Assembly: GCA_046293555.1 (NCBI GenBank)
Contig: JBKBOT010000013.1
Span: 13,134-42,729, forward strand
Direction of reading: 5' to 3'
Source of the DNA: Pyrobaculum sp.
GTDB taxonomy: Archaea; Thermoproteota; Thermoprotei; Thermoproteales; Thermoproteaceae
DNA: 29,596 bases
The stretch's first letter is position 1. Each line of letters begins with the position of its first letter. Under the pieces are notes generated by a model. That model was not told the DNA's origin and did not search any database. It saw only the letters and a program-made list of their open reading frames with translations. Positions 27,164-29,596 of this stretch are shown here, piece by piece. Position numbers and translations under genes: made by a program.

Positions 27164-28327
27164 ATGGAGTTGTTAAGGCTGGCGTGGCGGGCCTTGTGGG
27201 AAAGGAAGGGGCGGACTGTCGGCGCCATTATAGGCGTCGTCATAGCCTTTACGGCGTTGAGCTTCTCCCTGACGTTAGGCCAGACCTATAGAGATGCCGT
27301 GGTGGAGTTTTTTACTTCTAGCTTCCGGGTTAACACCCTGTTTGTTACAGGCATCCCATTTACAGAGGGCGACGTGGCTGCGCTGTCCTCCATACGGGGG
27401 GTAACTGCAGCCATCCCCATGGCCACGGCTAGAGGCGTGGCCATTACGCCAGGCGGCACTCAGACCTCTGTTACAGTTCTTGGCGTCAGCCCAGCCCTGT
27501 TGGATCGCCTCATGGCTCAGACTGTCCTCCACCAGGGGGAGATGTTTATTACGTCTACCTTCGTGCTGGTGGGACATCTGGTGGCTTTTGACAGCTCTAC
27601 GGGCCGGCAGGTGGTGACCGTAAATTCCCCCCTCTCCCTCATGGTGGGCAGGAAGTCAGCCGAGGTGATGGCCTCCGGCATCCTGTCTGCCGGAAATATT
27701 GGCTTTTTCGACACGTCGCGGGCTGTGGTTATGGACATCAGCCTCTTTAGGCAGCTAACTGGCGTAAGTACATACAGCGTAATCTTGGTAGAACTACAGG
27801 ACTTGACGTATGAAAAGGCTGTGAGCAGGGAGATCCGGGCCCGCTTCCCCAACGTAGAGGTTCTCTCCCCCCAGGCCTTAATGCAGACGTTAGATACCTT
27901 CTTTGCCGGCATGCAGCTATTTCTGGGCACTATCGCTGGGGTGAGTACCGTAATTACAGCCCTCTGGCTTTACGACACCATGTCTATAAGTACAATCCAG
28001 CGGACTAAAGAAATTGGCATAATGCGGGCGCTGGGGTTCAGACGGCGGCAGATAATGGCCATGTTTCTAGGCGAGGCTTTAATAATCGCGATGATAGGCG
28101 TCGCCGTGGGGGTAGCCGTATTGGCGGCACTGATGGGGGTACTCAACCTCACTGGGTGGCAGACCTTCGGCCCACGGGGGACCAGCTTGAACCTAACCCC
28201 GTCTATACACCCAGAGATAGCCGCCGTCACCGCCCTGCTCGTAGTTTTGGTAAACCTCGCCGGCGCCTTTCTCCCAGCCTACCGCGCCAGTCGGATCAAC
28301 GTGGTGGAGGCCTTGAGGTACGAGTAG
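27164..28327 (+). CDS. MacB/FtsX-like ABC transporter permease
   Basis: LAWRALWERKGRT, QRTKEIGIMRALG and PAYRASRINVVEALRYE. Confidence 0.92.
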   Translation: MELLRLAWRALWERKGRTVGAIIGVVIAFTALSFSLTLGQTYRDAVVEFFTSSFRVNTLFVTGIPFTEGDVAALSSIRGVTAAIPMATARGVAITPGGTQTSVTVLGVSPALLDRLMAQTVLHQGEMFITSTFVLVGHLVAFDSSTGRQVVTVNSPLSLMVGRKSAEVMASGILSAGNIGFFDTSRAVVMDISLFRQLTGVSTYSVILVELQDLTYEKAVSREIRARFPNVEVLSPQALMQTLDTFFAGMQLFLGTIAGVSTVITALWLYDTMSISTIQRTKEIGIMRALGFRRRQIMAMFLGEALIIAMIGVAVGVAVLAALMGVLNLTGWQTFGPRGTSLNLTPSIHPEIAAVTALLVVLVNLAGAFLPAYRASRINVVEALRYE

Positions 28328-28328
28328 C

Positions 28329-28985
28329 ATGATTGTTGTTAACAACGTGGTTAAGTACTACGGGCGGTACCCCGCGCTGAGGGGAATCTCGCTGTCTGTA
28401 CCCAAAGGCGTCTTCCAGTGCGTCACGGGGCCGTCTGGCTCGGGGAAGTCCACACTTCTACACATAATCGGCGGCTTGGACAAGCCCACAGAGGGGGAGG
28501 TCCACGTGGCTGGAGTTAGGCTAAACGACCTAAGTGACGACGAGCTTTCAGACTTTAGAAACAAAAACGTGGGGTTTGTCTTCCAGCTTTTCTACCTGAT
28601 CTCCAGGATGTCTATTATAGAAAACGTGGAGCTCCCCCTCGTACTAAGGGGAATCCCCAAAGCCAGACGCCGCGAGATGGCGCTAGAGGCCTTAAGGCTT
28701 GTGGGGCTAGGCCACGTGGATCCACACAAAAGCCCCACGAAGCTGTCTGGAGGAGAACAACAGAGGGTAGCCATCGCCAGGGCTATAGCCACAAGGCCTA
28801 GAGTACTGCTGGCAGACGAGCCGACAGGCAATTTAGACAGCGCCACGGCGGAGGTGATAATGGAGACATTTCAAAACTTGAGGAAAGAGCTAGGCACCAC
28901 CATCGTCATGGTGACACACAACCTGGAGCTCCTCCCCCACTGCGACAGACACGTAAAGATGAGAGACGGAAAAATCGTGGAATAA
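28329..28985 (+). CDS. LolD/MacB-type ABC ATP-binding protein
   Basis: GPSGSGKST, LSGGEQQRVAIARA, LLADEPTGNLD and VTH. Confidence 0.95.
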   Translation: MIVVNNVVKYYGRYPALRGISLSVPKGVFQCVTGPSGSGKSTLLHIIGGLDKPTEGEVHVAGVRLNDLSDDELSDFRNKNVGFVFQLFYLISRMSIIENVELPLVLRGIPKARRREMALEALRLVGLGHVDPHKSPTKLSGGEQQRVAIARAIATRPRVLLADEPTGNLDSATAEVIMETFQNLRKELGTTIVMVTHNLELLPHCDRHVKMRDGKIVE

Positions 28986-29194
28986 CACACAGCCGGTTAC
29001 CGTCGTTTGGGAGGTAGACGGCGTAAGACGGCAGTGACTTCAAGCTTCCAACAGGGGCTGTCGAGAGGGGGCTTCCGGCCTGTGATCCCAGCGGCCGCGA
29101 GGCCCCTTAGAGGCCGGTGGGCGCCATACGGCTGAAGGCATGGGTGTGGCGGGACGTTTTGCCATGTTTTTATACTGGTGTTTGTTGGCTCCCT

Positions 29195-29596
29195 ATGGAG
29201 GGGTTTGTGTCCTTGTTGAAAAGGTTGTCTGAAGCGCGGGGGCCGTCTGGCTTTGAGGATGAGGTGAGGGACGTCGTCGTGGGGGAGATGGAGCCATATG
29301 TAGATGAGGTTTATGTAGACAGGTGGGGTAACGTCATCGGCGTGAAGAAAGGCGGTTCTAACTATCGCGCCATGGTGGCGGCCCACATCGACGAGATAGG
29401 CCTCGTGGTGGACCACGTCGAGAAGGGGGGTTTTCTCCGCTTTAGGCCTATTGGCGGCTGGAACGAGGTGACGTTAGTGGGGCAGCGGGTGTGGGTCAAG
29501 ACTAGAGACGGCCGGTGGGTTAGAGGCGTGGTGGGCTCAACGCCGCCTCACGTCACACCTCCAGGCAAGGAGAGAGAGGCGCCGGAGGTTAAGGAC
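29195..29596 (+). CDS. M42-family (TET-like) aminopeptidase, 5' part; runs off the window and is absent from the ORF track
   Basis: MEGFVSLLKRLSEARGPSGFEDEVR..DRWGNVI..AAHIDEIG..GFLRFRPIGG..GVVGSTPPH; TTTTTATA box at 29167-29174. Confidence 0.92.
   Translation, partial: MEGFVSLLKRLSEARGPSGFEDEVRDVVVGEMEPYVDEVYVDRWGNVIGVKKGGSNYRAMVAAHIDEIGLVVDHVEKGGFLRFRPIGGWNEVTLVGQRVWVKTRDGRWVRGVVGSTPPHVTPPGKEREAPEVKD

Noticed and set aside
29060-29090. SRP or RNase P RNA (CAGGCCGGAAG on the minus strand)
   Set aside because: Lacks the following GAGCA of SRP helix 8 and the GAGGAA..ACAGAA elements of RNase P.

Overview
GC-rich archaeal chromosomal window, most likely Thermoproteales (Pyrobaculum-like). This is inferred from aIF-2beta, a TmcA/Nat10 acetyltransferase, TATA boxes about 25 nt upstream of leaderless starts, AGG/ATA codon use and a Pyrobaculum-type CRISPR repeat. 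Most of the window is housekeeping: a TAXI TRAP transporter, mqnD, tmcA, aIF-2beta, three EamA transporters, beta-oxidation enzymes, an aldo/keto reductase, a COG1361-like surface protein with a MacB/LolD-type ABC pair, and a partial M42 peptidase. Two accessory regions stand out. (1) A defence island at about 3.5-8.6 kb holds a PD-(D/E)XK nuclease ORF translationally coupled to an N6-adenine MTase/TRD ORF (a split type IIG-like R-M). It is followed by an effector-less CRISPR module: one degenerate repeat, a hairpin-rich leader-like region, a small Csa5/Cas11-like ORF and an apparently intact cas6, with no cas7/cas5/cas3/cas1 in the window. (2) An AT-rich two-gene cassette at 20.5-21.9 kb encodes a secreted Cys-rich protein and a membrane-anchored partner. 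A recurring CA-rich to GT-rich strand-skew switch brackets both regions and a structured intergenic segment near 29.0 kb. All family calls come from motif recognition by eye; no searches were run.
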